Below, piece by piece: positions 36,661-48,678 of a stretch of 64,000 bases of DNA. Under the pieces are notes generated by a model. That model was not told the origin of the DNA and made no database searches. It worked only from the letters and a program-made list of their open reading frames with translations. Numbering within the stretch: the first letter of the stretch is position 1; each line of letters opens with the position of its first letter. Source of the stretch: Chiloscyllium plagiosum (Eukaryota); the NCBI RefSeq assembly GCF_004010195.1, contig NC_057719.1, positions 26,415,426 to 26,479,425 of the forward strand, written 5' to 3'. Both the position numbers and the translations under genes were made by a program.

Positions 36661-38820
36661 GCCCTTCAATAGGATCATGGCTGATCTGATGTTCATCACA
36701 TTCACTTTCTTGCCCTTTCCCATAACTTTTTAAATCCCCCTAATGATCAAAAATCTATCTCTCTCAGCCTGAAATGTACAAAAGGATACTGCTCCCGAGT
36801 TCTCTCAGACTTAAATTGGCACCTCCTAAATTCTGAAGGTATGCCTTCTAGTCTTAGACTCACTCATGAGGGGAAATATTCTCTTAGCATTTACTGAGTC
36901 AAGCCCCTTCGGGGTCCAGTTTGTTTCAATTAGATCACCCCTCATTGTTCTAAATTCCAATGAGTAGAATCCCAAACGTTTAACCTTTTTCCGTGTAAAT
37001 TCCCTACAGTGTGGAAACAGGCCCTTCGGCCCAACCAGTCCACACCGATCCTTCGAAGAATAACCCACCCAGACCCATTCCCCTCTGACTAATGCACCTA
37101 ACACTGGGCAATTTAGCATGGCCAATCCACCTGGCCTGCACATCTTTGGACTGTGGGAGGAAACACGAGCACCCAGAGGAAACCCACGCAGACACTGGGA
37201 GAATGTGCAAACTCCACACAGACAATCGCTTGAGGCTGGAATCAAACCCGGGACCCTGGTGCTGTGAGGCGGCAGTGCCATCTGCTGAGCCACCATGCCA
37301 CCACATACATTCAATGGCATGAAAATACACTGAAGAATGTCACTCCATACCAGGGATCATCCTAATGAATATTCTCTCAACTGACTTCAATGAAGTGATA
37401 TCTTTCCTTAAGGGCACCAAAAGTGCTCCCAGATGTGATCGGACCAACACCCTGTGCAGTTGCAGGAAGACTCTTCTACTCTAATACTCAAACCTTTGGA
37501 ATAAGAGCCAACGTTAACTATTCCATTAGCCTTTCTGATTATCTGCTACACCTGGGTGCTAGCTTTGTTTCCTGTACCAGTACCCCAGAGTCTCCTTTTG
37601 TGTTGCAGTTTTTCTCTATTTAATAGTCTGATCTTTTGTTCACATTCCAAAGTGAATAGCTTTCCATTTTCCCATATTGTCCTCCATTTGCCACTTTTTG
37701 CCCACTCTCAGCTTTTTGAATGTCTCTCTAAACTGTTTTGTATTCTTCCTGTAACTTGTCTGTCCATCTATCTTTGTCATCTGCAGTTGGCTATAGTACT
37801 TTTTGCTTCCTTCAAGTTCAAAAGATATGAGAGTAGAATTGGGCAATTCAGCCTTTTGTCTGCTGTGCCATTCGATCATGGCTGATATGCAATGCACCCA
37901 CATTTTCCTTTCCTCTGTATCCCTTCAACCCATTACCAATTTAAAAAAAATCTATCTAACTCTTCCATAAAATTACTCCGTGTCCACTGCACTGTTGGGT
38001 AGCTAATTCCAGCAGTTCACAACCCTTTGGGAGAAGTAGTCATAAATACATATTGCAGATAGTTGCAGTCCCAGCACTAATCACTATGGAATCCCAACCT
38101 GAAAAAGAATCTCTATCCCTACTTGCCATTTCCTGCCCATTAGCTAATTCTCTACCAATGCCAATATACTACTTCCAACACCTTGGGGTCTGCTCTTAGA
38201 TTTAACCTTTTGTGAGGTATCTTGTCGAATACCTTCAGGAAGACCAGATGCAACCCTCTTGGTTCCCTTCAATCCAATCTGATTTGAAACTTCCTCAAAA
38301 AGCTCTAAGTTAGTCAGACATGATTCCCTTTCATGAAACCATGCTGACTCTGCTTGGTTCGCTAGACTTTGCAAATGTTCTTCTATTACTTCCTTTAATA
38401 ATTGATTCCCAATATTTTCTCCCCATCAGAATGAGGAGACTTATGTCTTTACACCCATTAGTTTGTCTAAACATAACAAAACTTAGAAAATAGGAGGAGA
38501 TCCTTTGGGCTTGCTACACCAATCATCATCCTGCCTAATCATCCAACTCAGTAGCCAAATCCTGTTTTCTCTTCATGATCTTTTGATCCCATTCACCCAA
38601 GCAGCCTCTTGAATATGTTCAGTGTTTTGGCATCAACTATTCTCGTGGTAATAAATTCCACCATTCATTTGGGTGAAGAAATGTCTCCTCTTCTGTCTTA
38701 AAATACTCCTCCACATCCTTAGATTGTGTCCCCTGGTTTTGGACACACCCACTATTGGGAAGATCCTCCTTGCATCTACCATGTCTAGTCCTCTTAGAAT
38801 TTTATAAATCTTCCACCCCA
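36661..38820 (-). mobile_element. Cluster of nested CR1 fragments
   Basis: RLGFYSLEFR.MRGDLIET; ESCLTNLELFEEV; ILRGLDMVD..SKTRGHNL. Confidence 0.8.
36997..37302 (-). mobile_element. tRNA-derived V-SINE (HE1-like)
   Basis: Full head, V-domain and tail in reverse complement. Confidence 0.9.
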
Positions 38821-39984
38821 CATGCCAGTTTTTGGGGTTGTCGCTGTTTTTTTTTTTGCCATTGCCTTTTCAACTTATTACTGTCCACTTCCTTGGTTAG
38901 CCGTGGTTGGCTTTTCCTCTATTAGGATATGCTTTTGCTGAGAGTTATGAATTACCCACAATGTGTACTTCCTTTCCTGCTAATTTATCCATCCATTTTA
39001 CTTACTGTATCCTCATTTCTTTATAATTCCCTTTACATTGTTGTTTTCAAACTGAATGTTCAAGTCATTGTTATGATTACTATTTCCTAGATTTTCTCAG
39101 ATCTTTTTGCTCTGAGATAAATGATCAAATCTGCCTCCTTATCCACAAACCGATTTGAGATGGCCTGTCCTTTTGGATCAGTGATTCATTGCAATCTATC
39201 CCTAATGCATTCCATGAATTAGTTGTCGCAGCCATCCTTTTTCAATTTGATTGACCCAGTCAGCATGAAGATTAAAGTCATCTGTGTTTTTGTTTAACAT
39301 GTTCCTGCTACTTGTTGATGTATAGCCTTTCCCACAGAGTGGCTAGTTTGGGTCTGGACACTACTCCTACCAATGTCGTCATTCCCTTTTTTTTTCTGTT
39401 TCTTTTTAACCTCCATTTAATAGACTGTACATCATCTGAGCCTAGATTTGTCTTTCATTCTTGTCCTTATTTCAATCTCTTATTATCAGTGCTACCCCAC
39501 CACCTTTTCCGTTCCTCCCATCTTTGAGAAGTAATATCCCTGAATGTTAAGTCAGTTTTATCTCCTTTTAACTCGTGTAATGACTATAAGATCTTATCTG
39601 TTTACCTCCATTTGTGCCATGGGTTTGTTTAGCTTCAGAATGCCTTGTACATTAAGATACTAGATTGTTGGCCTTGATATTTGTGTTCAATCACTAGGTG
39701 AGACTTGAACCCAGACCTTATCATTTAAGGCAAGCGTAATCCGGTAAGCCATGGCTGATGTTACAAAAATTAACATGTCTCCATGGTACAGGATCACTCT
39801 TCCCATCTGAAAGCAATCTTCAATCTTAATATGGTTACTTAATTTCTGCAGATGAATCCTTTGGCAGGGGAACAGTTTGAATAGCAACATATCCTAACAC
39901 TGTTTGCCTAAGCCAGATTTGGATGGCTTAAACCTCAAGTTGTTTTCTTTTTCTCACAAACATTGTGCTAGTCATGACCAATTA

Positions 39985-40390
39985 GTGGCATCATTGCCTC
40001 TGGATTTATGCTCCACAATATAGACTTGAGTTCAAAAATTGAAGTTGATGTTCAAAGGAAGTATTGTGCAAGTGCAGCACTGAGTTGTATCGCAGATGAA
40101 ATGTTATATTTTTGACTCCAATAAATTTAGTTTTACATTAAAGTGTAGACCAGTTCTTCTGTCAAGTGAATGCAAGATACCATCGTTTGAAGAAAAACAG
40201 CAGAGTTGCTCTACAGTGACCTGGTTAATGTTTACTCAAGTGACATCTTTTTAGAGAAATAAAAATCTGGTAGGAATCATTTTGTGGGAGTTGCTGCATT
40301 TCTAACATCATAGCAGTATTTTATTGGCTGTAAAACTCCAAGGAATGTCTTGAAGTAGAAGGTGATGTTTAAATGCACGAGTTTTCTCTT
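39985..40390 (+). mobile_element. Old Deu-domain SINE (SacSINE1-like)
   Basis: Degenerate ..TTTGAAGAAAAACAGCAGAGTT..GACCTGGTTAATGTTTA..TTTGTGGGAG..GCTGCATTTC..ATTGGCTGTAAA.. resembles the Deu domain and tail as recalled. Confidence 0.55.
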
Positions 40391-40689
40391 ACGCGCATGT
40401 GAATCTACTGTTGATTGGAAGTATAAAGTGAAATTTCCTGTCATTTGCCACAAATGTGTTCTGCTAGTTCTAATATGAGTAATATACTGTTGACTATGTA
40501 TAAATGTTTTGTTAGCTTTAAGTCCAATTTTACAGCAGTGATGAGGACTTTGAATGGGCAACTACTTCCTGGTGAATCATTCTTGTGCTCCAGCATTCAT
40601 TTCAGAAATTCTATTTAACTTCTCTCATTTTTGACTTGGCACAATCACTTCAAACATTGTTTGTACAGTTCAGGTGATTTTTCTTGTTA

Positions 40690-41760
40690 ATGGGATGTGG
40701 TTATTGCTGGCTGGCACAGTATGTATTGTCTGTCCCTAATTGCCCTTGAAAAGCTGGTGATGAACTCCCCTCTTGCTTTAGTGTAGTCTGTTTGGTGTAA
40801 ACAGTCCCATAATTCTATTTAAGAAGGGATTTCTATGACTTTGACCCAATGATACTGAATATGCAGTGACATATTTCTAAGTCAGGATGGTTAGTGACTT
40901 AGAGGGAACTTGCAGATGTGGTGTTCCCACGTACTTGCTCTTCTAGATGGAAATGGTCATGGGTTTGGAAGGAGCCTTGATGAATTTCTGTAGTACATCT
41001 TATGGATGATGGAAATGACTCTGTAGTGTATTTCATCAGTGGGGGGGGAAAAAAGTGAATGTTTGTGGATTTGGTGCCATTTGAATGGGCTACTCTGACC
41101 TAGCTGTTGTCAAAGTTTTTGAAGTTCAAGCTGCAGGCATCCAAGTATTCCACATGCTGGTGACTTGTCTTGTAGATGCTGAACAGACATTGGAGAGAAG
41201 GTGAAGTACCTGCTACAGGAATCCTAGCCTCTAACCTCCTCTTGTAGACACTGCTTGTATGACTAGTTCAGTTTCTGGTCAATGGTAGCCCTGAAGGTGT
41301 TGACTAGTAGGGAATAATGTGATGTCAATGTAATTGAATAACAGGAGAGGGTTAGATTTCGGTCTTTATTGGGGATTTCCATTTCCTCGTGTGGAGTGAG
41401 CATTTGTCATTTGTTAGCCACAGCTTGGATATTATTTAGGTCTTGCGATATTTGGGCATTAACTGCTTCAGTATCTCTGAAATTCCGTTTGATACTGAAC
41501 ATTGTGCAGTCAGCAGTGAACATCCCTCTTCTGACCTCGTGATGGAGGGAATGTCATTAAAGTGTCTTGAATCTCGGAAACTACCCTGAGGAACTCCGAT
41601 TGAGATGACTGACCTCTAACAATCTCAACTATCTTACACTGTGTGCCAGATTTGTCTCCAACCAGCAATGTGAGATCCCCCTAATTCCTACGACTTCAGT
41701 TTTGCTAGGTTTCCTTGATACCATGTTCTGTCAACCTGAGTCTGTCAAGGACAATCGCTC
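40690..41760 (-). mobile_element. Old LINE 3' region (clade uncertain); related copy at ~57465-57830
   Basis: Shared start TGGGATGTGG..GCTGGCTGG..TATTG..CCCTAATTGCCCTTG and downstream similarity between the two loci. Confidence 0.55.
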
Positions 41761-43682
41761 TCCACTCTCCCCACCTTTTTTTTGGAATCCAGCTTTACAT
41801 TTTATTTAATTCCATGTTTCCTTCCTCCTTGGTATTCTGGGACATCTAAATAGTGGCAGAAAAGCTGAAATTGCAAAATTACAATTCAGCCATGTCATAG
41901 TCTTCTATGAAAGAAATTCCCATCCTCAGAAATCCAGCGTAAAATATCATGCTCTGTAGTTAATTGATTCAGGACACAGTTGTTTTTATTTTACAAAGAG
42001 CAGGTGCTCTCTTGTGCTGAAACAAAGTGGAGCTGGAAAGCAGGACACGAGTGTTGCATACAAATTAATATTTTTATATCTTTTTCCTAAGAATTAAGTC
42101 ATTTTTGTGCACTTGTTCTCTTGCTATTAAGCATTGCGTAAAGTATATCATCAGAATAATACTCGTTATTTGTACTAATGTACTCCAGTAAAATGAAGCA
42201 GAAACAAGGTCCAATGGATTACTATTATCATTATTATCCATGTGAGTTCACTTGTAAGTTATTTCACATTGTGTATATGCTGAGTAAGGCAGCAATTAAA
42301 CATTAATTATTAACAGTTATACTTCAGTTTTATTGTCACAAATTAAATGCATGGACTTTCAACAGAGGTTATAGTTGGCAATTTTTGAGTAAAAAGTTAA
42401 AAGCTGGACACCGGTGTCTACATATTTGGAAAGTCTGGTTCTTGGTAAAATTCTGTATCAACATTAAGTTTTTAATACACTGTCTAAGTAGGTTTTCTTC
42501 AAACTGGGATTGTTTCCATCAAGTTGGGTGGTGTCCCAAACCAACTTACAACTTGCTGTCTTTTAAAAACAATAAGTATGATGGCTAACAGTTAGTTTAC
42601 TACTTTTTCCAAGATACTCTGCAGTATGAGACATTAGCATTTATGTTCTCTGGATAGATAGTTAATTACTTCTGAAGCGCATTAACCTAACTTTGTTAGC
42701 AACAAATGTTGCTTTTGGAGGAAAGGTTGGAAACAGCTAAGTGAATAAAATATCAGGGAGGTTGCACTTCTGCAACTTCAGGAGATGTTTCCAATATATC
42801 CACGATTACAGAGCATTTGGCTTCATTGTCAGTGAATGTGTAGGACTTGTTTAAGGGCTAGCACACCATAGTTTTACAATACTGTCAGTTTGTGTTTTAA
42901 ATACAAGAGTCTACCAAACTGTTAAATAGAAATTTAACAATTCATACATTTTATTGTAGTGTGCTGGTGCTCTGAAATGAATTGTATAAGCATTGAATAA
43001 AGGAACTTTGAAAAACAGCTAAGTGAAGCTGAAGAAGTGGGACACTGGAGAGACCGTTTCAATGGCTGCATGACAAATCTTTTGGCACCAGCTTCCTTGT
43101 TCCAGTGCACAGTGAGTGTACAGTGATGGTGTGAACCTTGACTTCCTGTTTCATTACATTGGGGTCAGGGATCATGTGCCAGATAGTAATCTAATTCTTT
43201 CAGTTCTAGTTTTGAAAAAATTTGCTAATATACGAAGTAAATTCTGCACCTCCTTGAATGGTGTTATAGCTGTACTTATCAGTGTTAATGGGTTTTAAGG
43301 TTGTCAGACTGCATCTCCTCCAAACAACACCTCTGACTCTCCTTTCTTGACTTTTTTCCCAGTAACTTAATGAATTATTTTTCAATGTTCCCATTGACCA
43401 CTCTTTAAAAATGTTGAAATGCCTACAAACATTGTGACATATTAGATGAACTTTAGTTTTTAAACTTGCAATCTTATCTTGCAACGTTTAAAATAAGAGA
43501 TGTCCAAACAGAAAATAATCTAAACGTCTAACAAACCAGAGGGTCATTAGAATTTATTTATCTCCAATCACTAGCAAGACTAGAGAAGAAAATCTTCTTT
43601 TATTTCTAGACACTTTCAACATAATGTTTCAAGGTGCTTTATAGAAGCATTACGAAACAAACTGATACTACCCTGTTGATGT

Positions 43683-45152
43683 TAGAACATAGAATACAGC
43701 GCAGTACAGGCCCTTTGGCCCTTGATGTTGCGCCGATCCAAGCCCACCTAACCTACACTAGCCCACTATCCTCCATACGCCTATCCAATGCCCACTTAAA
43801 TGCCTATGATGAGGGAGAGTCCACCACTGCTACTGGCAGGGCATTCCATGAACTCATGACTCGCTGAGTAAAGAACCTACCCCTAACATCTGTCCTATAC
43901 CTACCCCCCCCCCCCCCCCTTAATTTAAAGCTCCCCTTGTAATATACTGCCTGATGGAACGATCACAGTCAACGGATATCAGTGATGGTCATCAAATGCT
44001 GCCCTTGCTGAAATCCCGTAAAGTAACAAAATAAAGGGTAAACGAAACAAAGACAGATACCGGACCATTAGTCCAGTACCCCATCTTTTTGTTATTCTTC
44101 CCCAAGTGAATCACCTCGCACTTAGCTACATTGTATTCCATCTGCCACCTTTCTGCCCAGCTCTGCAGCTTCTCTTTATCCTGCTGTAACCTGCCACATG
44201 CTTCCTCACTGTCACCAACTCCTCCGACTTTCGTATCATCCGCAAACTTGCTTACCCAACCTTCTAACCCCTCTTCCAGGTCATTTATAAAAATGACAAA
44301 CAGCAATGGTCCCAAAACAGATCCTTGCGGAACACCGCTAGTGACGGCACTCCATGAAGAAACTTTGCCATCAACTACTACCCTCTGTCTTCTTCCATCC
44401 AGCCAATTCCTAATCCAAACCTCTAACTCACCCTCAATGCCATATCTCCGTATTTTCTGCAGTAGCCTACCATGGGGAACCTTATCGAACGCCTTACTAA
44501 AATCCATATATACCACATCTACCGCTTTCCCCTCATCAACCTCCTTTGTCACCTTTTCAAAGAATTCAATAAGGTTTGTGAGGCACGACCTCCCTTCACA
44601 AAACCATGCTGACTATCCTTGATCACATTATTCCTATCCAGATGTTCATAAATCCTATCCCTTACAATTCTCTCTAAGATTTTGCCCACAACAGAAGTGA
44701 GACTCACCGGCCTATAGTTACTAGGGTTATCCCTACTCCCCTTCTTGAACAAGGGGACCACATTTGCTAGCCTCCAATCTTCTGGCACTACTCCTGTAGA
44801 CAAGGAGGACATAAAAATCAAGGCCAATGGTTCTGCAATCTCCTCCCTTGCTTCCCGGAGAATCCTAGGATAAATGCCATCAGGCCCAGGGGACTTGTCT
44901 ATTTTCACCCTTTCCAGAATTTCCAACACCTCTTCTCTACATGCCTCAAAGCCATCCATTCTACTTAATTGTGTCTCAGTACTCACATTGACAACAATGT
45001 CCTGTTCCTGATTGAATACTGACGAAAAGTATTCATTCAGTGTCTCCCCAATCTCTTCAGCCTCCACACGCAACTTCCCACTACTATCCTTGACTGGACC
45101 TATTCCTACCCTAGCCATTCTTTTATTCCTGACATACCTATAGAAAGCCTTA
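43683..45152 (-). mobile_element. Young 5'-truncated CR1 LINE (RT region almost intact)
   Basis: ORFs 44549-45118 and 43992-44552 are joined by one frameshift. Motifs: KSPGPDGIYPRILRE, NYRPVSLTS, QHGF, DFSKAFDKVPH, GVPQGSVLGP, FADDTK. Confidence 0.95.
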
Positions 45153-45329
45153 GTTGGTAGGATTAGGGAAAACCCTAAGGACCTTTCATGTCCCCTCCTT
45201 GCTGCTCTTAGTTAGGATGGATGATTTGAAGGTTTTGGACAAAGGTTATAAGAATATGATGGAGGACAGAGTGGTGGGGGGGTGGTGGGTTGTGATACAG
45301 TTGTGATATTAGAATTAAAATCTGGATGT

Positions 45330-45615
45330 GAATGTGTACAGGGTATAAGCAGGCAGGGAAAGAGTCGAGTTTTGTGAAACCAGAAGTTCAGCTGAGCATC
45401 ACTAAGATCAGAAAAACTTAACAATGGGGGTGCTGCAGGCAAGGATAATGGGTTAACAAGGTGGAAAAGCACTCACTACGTGGAGCCATTTAACAAGATA
45501 AGGTAGCATTTGCTATGTGAGTTCAGTGTAAAAAGGTGAAGAGTATTCACTGTGAAGCCAGTTATTCATTGTGTAACAACAGCAGATGGCTTAATCTTTA
45601 CTGTTGATACTCATT
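45330..45615 (+). repeat. Diverged direct repeat, copy 1 (LTR-like)
   Basis: Aligns by eye to 48155-48434 with long identical blocks (AGGGTATAAGCAGGCAGGGAAAGAG, GTGAAGCCAGTTATTCATT, CTTAATCTTTACTGTTGATACTCATT). Confidence 0.85.
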
Positions 45616-45904
45616 GTAATGGTCCCAGAATAAAGGTGGAGGTAAAACTATATACTGTATCTCTGTGATAGCTTGATGACTATATTGGCATAGTTAGTCA
45701 GGATCCAAACTGATAGTTATGATTGGATGATGTCAGTAGTTTCCCAGAACATCGATGTCTCAAGACAGATGGGCCCACAAGGTAAGATTTTAAACCTTGA
45801 TCCCCTCTACTCCTGCTTGCTAGAGACGTTGTCTATTCTAAGGATTCCTCGAATAGTAACTAGTTCAGTCAGGAGACTGCCTACCAGCATGCTTGCAAAA
45901 CTAC

Positions 45905-46210
45905 GGTTTGAGTCCTCTGCCTTGCATTAGGAGAAAGTGCGATTTGAGGTTCCTGTCCTCTGCGCAGGACTGGGGTTAGAGTTTCCTGGGGTGGGAACAT
46001 GTGATTGAGCTTAGAGTTCTCCGGTACTGGGGTTCAAGTCCACTGGGCTGGATTTGGTTGAGGTTGGAGTCCTCTGCATGGTACTGGAGTCCCCTGGGAT
46101 GAGGTGGTGTAATTGAAATTTGAATCCTCTGTGCAGTACTGAGGTTCAAGTCCCCTGGGTGGTTCATTTTGAGGTTCAAGTCCTCTGCACTGTGCTCCGG
46201 TTTGAGTTTT
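45905..46210 (+). repeat. Degenerate minisatellite, ~55-60 bp period
   Basis: Recurrent TGAGGTT..AGTCCTCTGC..GTACTGGGGTTCAAGTCC.CTGGG units. Confidence 0.7.
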
Positions 46211-47523
46211 GTGTTTAATTGGGATTCAGGTTCTGTGTTTAACTGGGTTCGTGCAAAGTGAAAGGAGATAAAGTCCCCTAGTGGTAAAATTTATGACTGA
46301 GTCTTTGTTCTGGGGGAAGAGAGTGGCTTGGATTGCAGCGCCATGTGGTTTGCTGTGAGCGCTTTCTCTTTTTATAAGTGTAATTTCAGTGAGGAGATGC
46401 AAAGCAAAACTGAAAGATGCTGAAATTAAGGTTGTACTAACACTTGCATTGGAAAAAGGAAAGTTTCAATGTAAATTGTGCAATGCTGAGTGTTTGATAA
46501 TTAAAAATCTTGGTTTGTTAAAATACTGGTTCAGAAAATCCTTAAGTAACTTTTTTTCCCCTTTTGTTTGAATCAGGATCCCGATGTGTTTTGTGGGCTG
46601 AGTAGTGGGGCAGATTCATTTTTGCATTGAAATTGAATAAATATTCTTTTTAAAATTTATCAAACTTGTAACCTTAACTAGAGTGCCTTGAGCCCCTGAT
46701 TAGTTTGAAATTCTACAATGCCTGTTCTTAAACAGTTGGATCTGTGGTCATGTTTGAGCCAGATAAGAGTATTGTAATAAAACATCTTTGATTTTATTGG
46801 AATGTTCACAAAGAGTACATTTTTAACTTGTTTTAAGATTTTCTAGAGAACATTAGAATTTGAGGTTGAGCTGTTTCAGTTCTGATAATTATGACTTAAT
46901 TGGCCCCCTTATTGCAAATTCAGAATGTTGATCTCTACCAAAGTTGCCACTGTAATTCTGACTGTTATGAGAAGAACATATTAAAATATTCAGCATTTGT
47001 TTTCTACAAATGAGATTTAAATCTGAACTGAAACTACCTCTTCAATTGCAAACGCAATTGAAACATTATTTTTTGTTTTCTTGCTGTTCCAGATTTTGGA
47101 AGTACGTTTTTCCTGATTAGCTTTTACATTAGCAAAGTATTGATATGCTAATGGAAGGTAACATTTTTTTTGAATAACCTGAATGGGATCCTCTGAGGGC
47201 TTGATTTTTAAGACCATTGATTGTTTTCAATTGACTGAATTGTTTAGGCAGTACAATTTTTAGTTTGAATTGTATAAAACTTGATGTCATAAATAGAGTA
47301 CCAAACTTCAAGAATTCAAAGAAGATTGAAATAGGTAAACCATTTTTTAGTGTAGTTAAATGTGACTCCTCAAATTGATACCCACCTTTTTGGCAAGGAG
47401 GGAATGAGAGGAAATTCAAAGATACTTGCTTCCAGCATTAACATCTTCTGTAGAGTTTCTCCATTTACAGATAAAGCATGTCTTCGGACAACTGCCCTCC
47501 ATTGAATCCATTGAATCAAGCGC

Positions 47524-47807
47524 ATGAAAAGTGAAGAAACCATCAACAAGAAGAGTAGGTCAGTACGCTTTTTGTCAGTGGCCTTCCTATGGACATTAAA
47601 CGAAGTGAGCTTTACCTTGTCTTTAGATCATTAAAGGGATTTGAAGGTTCACTGAGCCAACATCAAAACAGGCAATTGGCTTTGTTACGTTTAACAGCAG
47701 AGCAGGAGGTTAGGGTGAATGCAGCAGCTACACTGCATGCTTAGATGCGTTGGTATCCTCCATCTGAAGCATCTCCAGAAGGATGTAAGTCTCATCTGTT
47801 TTGTGAA
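47524..47807 (+). pseudogene. RBPMS2: Processed pseudogene (retrocopy) of RNA-binding protein with multiple splicing 2 (Hermes), internally deleted
   Basis: 47550-47654 reads [34 protein letters not shown]. After a frameshift, 47660-47707 reads [16 protein letters not shown]. 47721-47804 reads AAATLHA*MRWYPPSEASPEGCKSHLFC. These match the RBPMS2 RRM ([53 protein letters not shown]) and C-terminus (AAALHAQMRWYPPSE...GWKSRQFC). No introns; stops and frameshifts present. Confidence 0.88.
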
Positions 47808-48130
47808 GCATCTAACTGCCCTTCTCCAAGAATTCGGATTTCTCCAAGGAGTGATGCACAAGGACAGACTGGATTTTGTTTTTGGATTGGACTTTACTAA
47901 AGGACATTTTGGAGAACTGGCAAATTTCCACTCGACTTGGAGGGGATGGAGTGGTCGCAAATGACTGTGGATTTAAGAACTTTACTGGTGAATTTTTTCC
48001 ATGGGAGGATTCTTCAAACTCTAATTACTGTAACGAACTAGTACCTTTGTTGTGATAATCATTGTATGCTATGTGTCAGTATTGGCTGTCAGCTTTATGA
48101 AAGCTGGTAGTGCCATCTCTATGGTTATCA

Positions 48131-48678
48131 TGAAATGATAAAAAGAGGGAATGAGAATGTGTAAAGGGTATAAGCAGGCAGGGAAAGAGTTCAGTTCTGA
48201 GTTTTGTGAAACAAGAGGTTCAGTTGAGCATGACTCAGATCAGATAATAACTTAGTTCACAGTAGGGTGCTGCAGGCAAGGGTAATGTGTTAAGGTGCAA
48301 AAACCATCATTTAACAAGATGAGGTAGCATTCGGTATGTGAGGTCAATTTAACAAATTGAAAAATATTCATTTGTGAAGCCAGTTATTCATTATGTAACA
48401 GCAGATGACTTAATCTTTACTGTTGATACTCATTCATTGATTGTAACGATCACCCAATTAATATGTATGTTGCCTTATCTGGATGCTTCTCCCAGTAAAA
48501 TGAATACATAGTTCATTGAGAAACTGCTATTCCAGAGAACTCGTGTCTCTGTGCACATGGGCGATTGTTCTCTCTCTCTCTCCAGGGCCCCGAATAAAGA
48601 CAGCGGTAAAAGTATACGGTGTCTCTGAGCATTTTGTTTCTACTTGTGGGGAGTGGAAACCGGGTGACGTGGACTACA
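48131..48678 (+). mobile_element. Putative LTR (copy 2 of the direct repeat plus an R/U5-like part)
   Basis: Contains repeat copy 48155-48434, AATAAA at 48593-48598 and possible TG...CA termini. No convincing TSD seen. Confidence 0.4.

Noticed and set aside
43992..45118. Functional reverse transcriptase gene
   Set aside because: 5'-truncated, frameshifted and C-terminally deleted CR1 ORF2.
45905..46210. CRISPR-like repeat/spacer appearance
   Set aside because: Units are degenerate and irregular, the context is vertebrate intron, and no cas genes are present.
47708..47720. Telomeric-repeat insertion at the retrocopy deletion junction
   Set aside because: Only one TTAGGG unit, which can occur by chance or derive from the CR1 tail.
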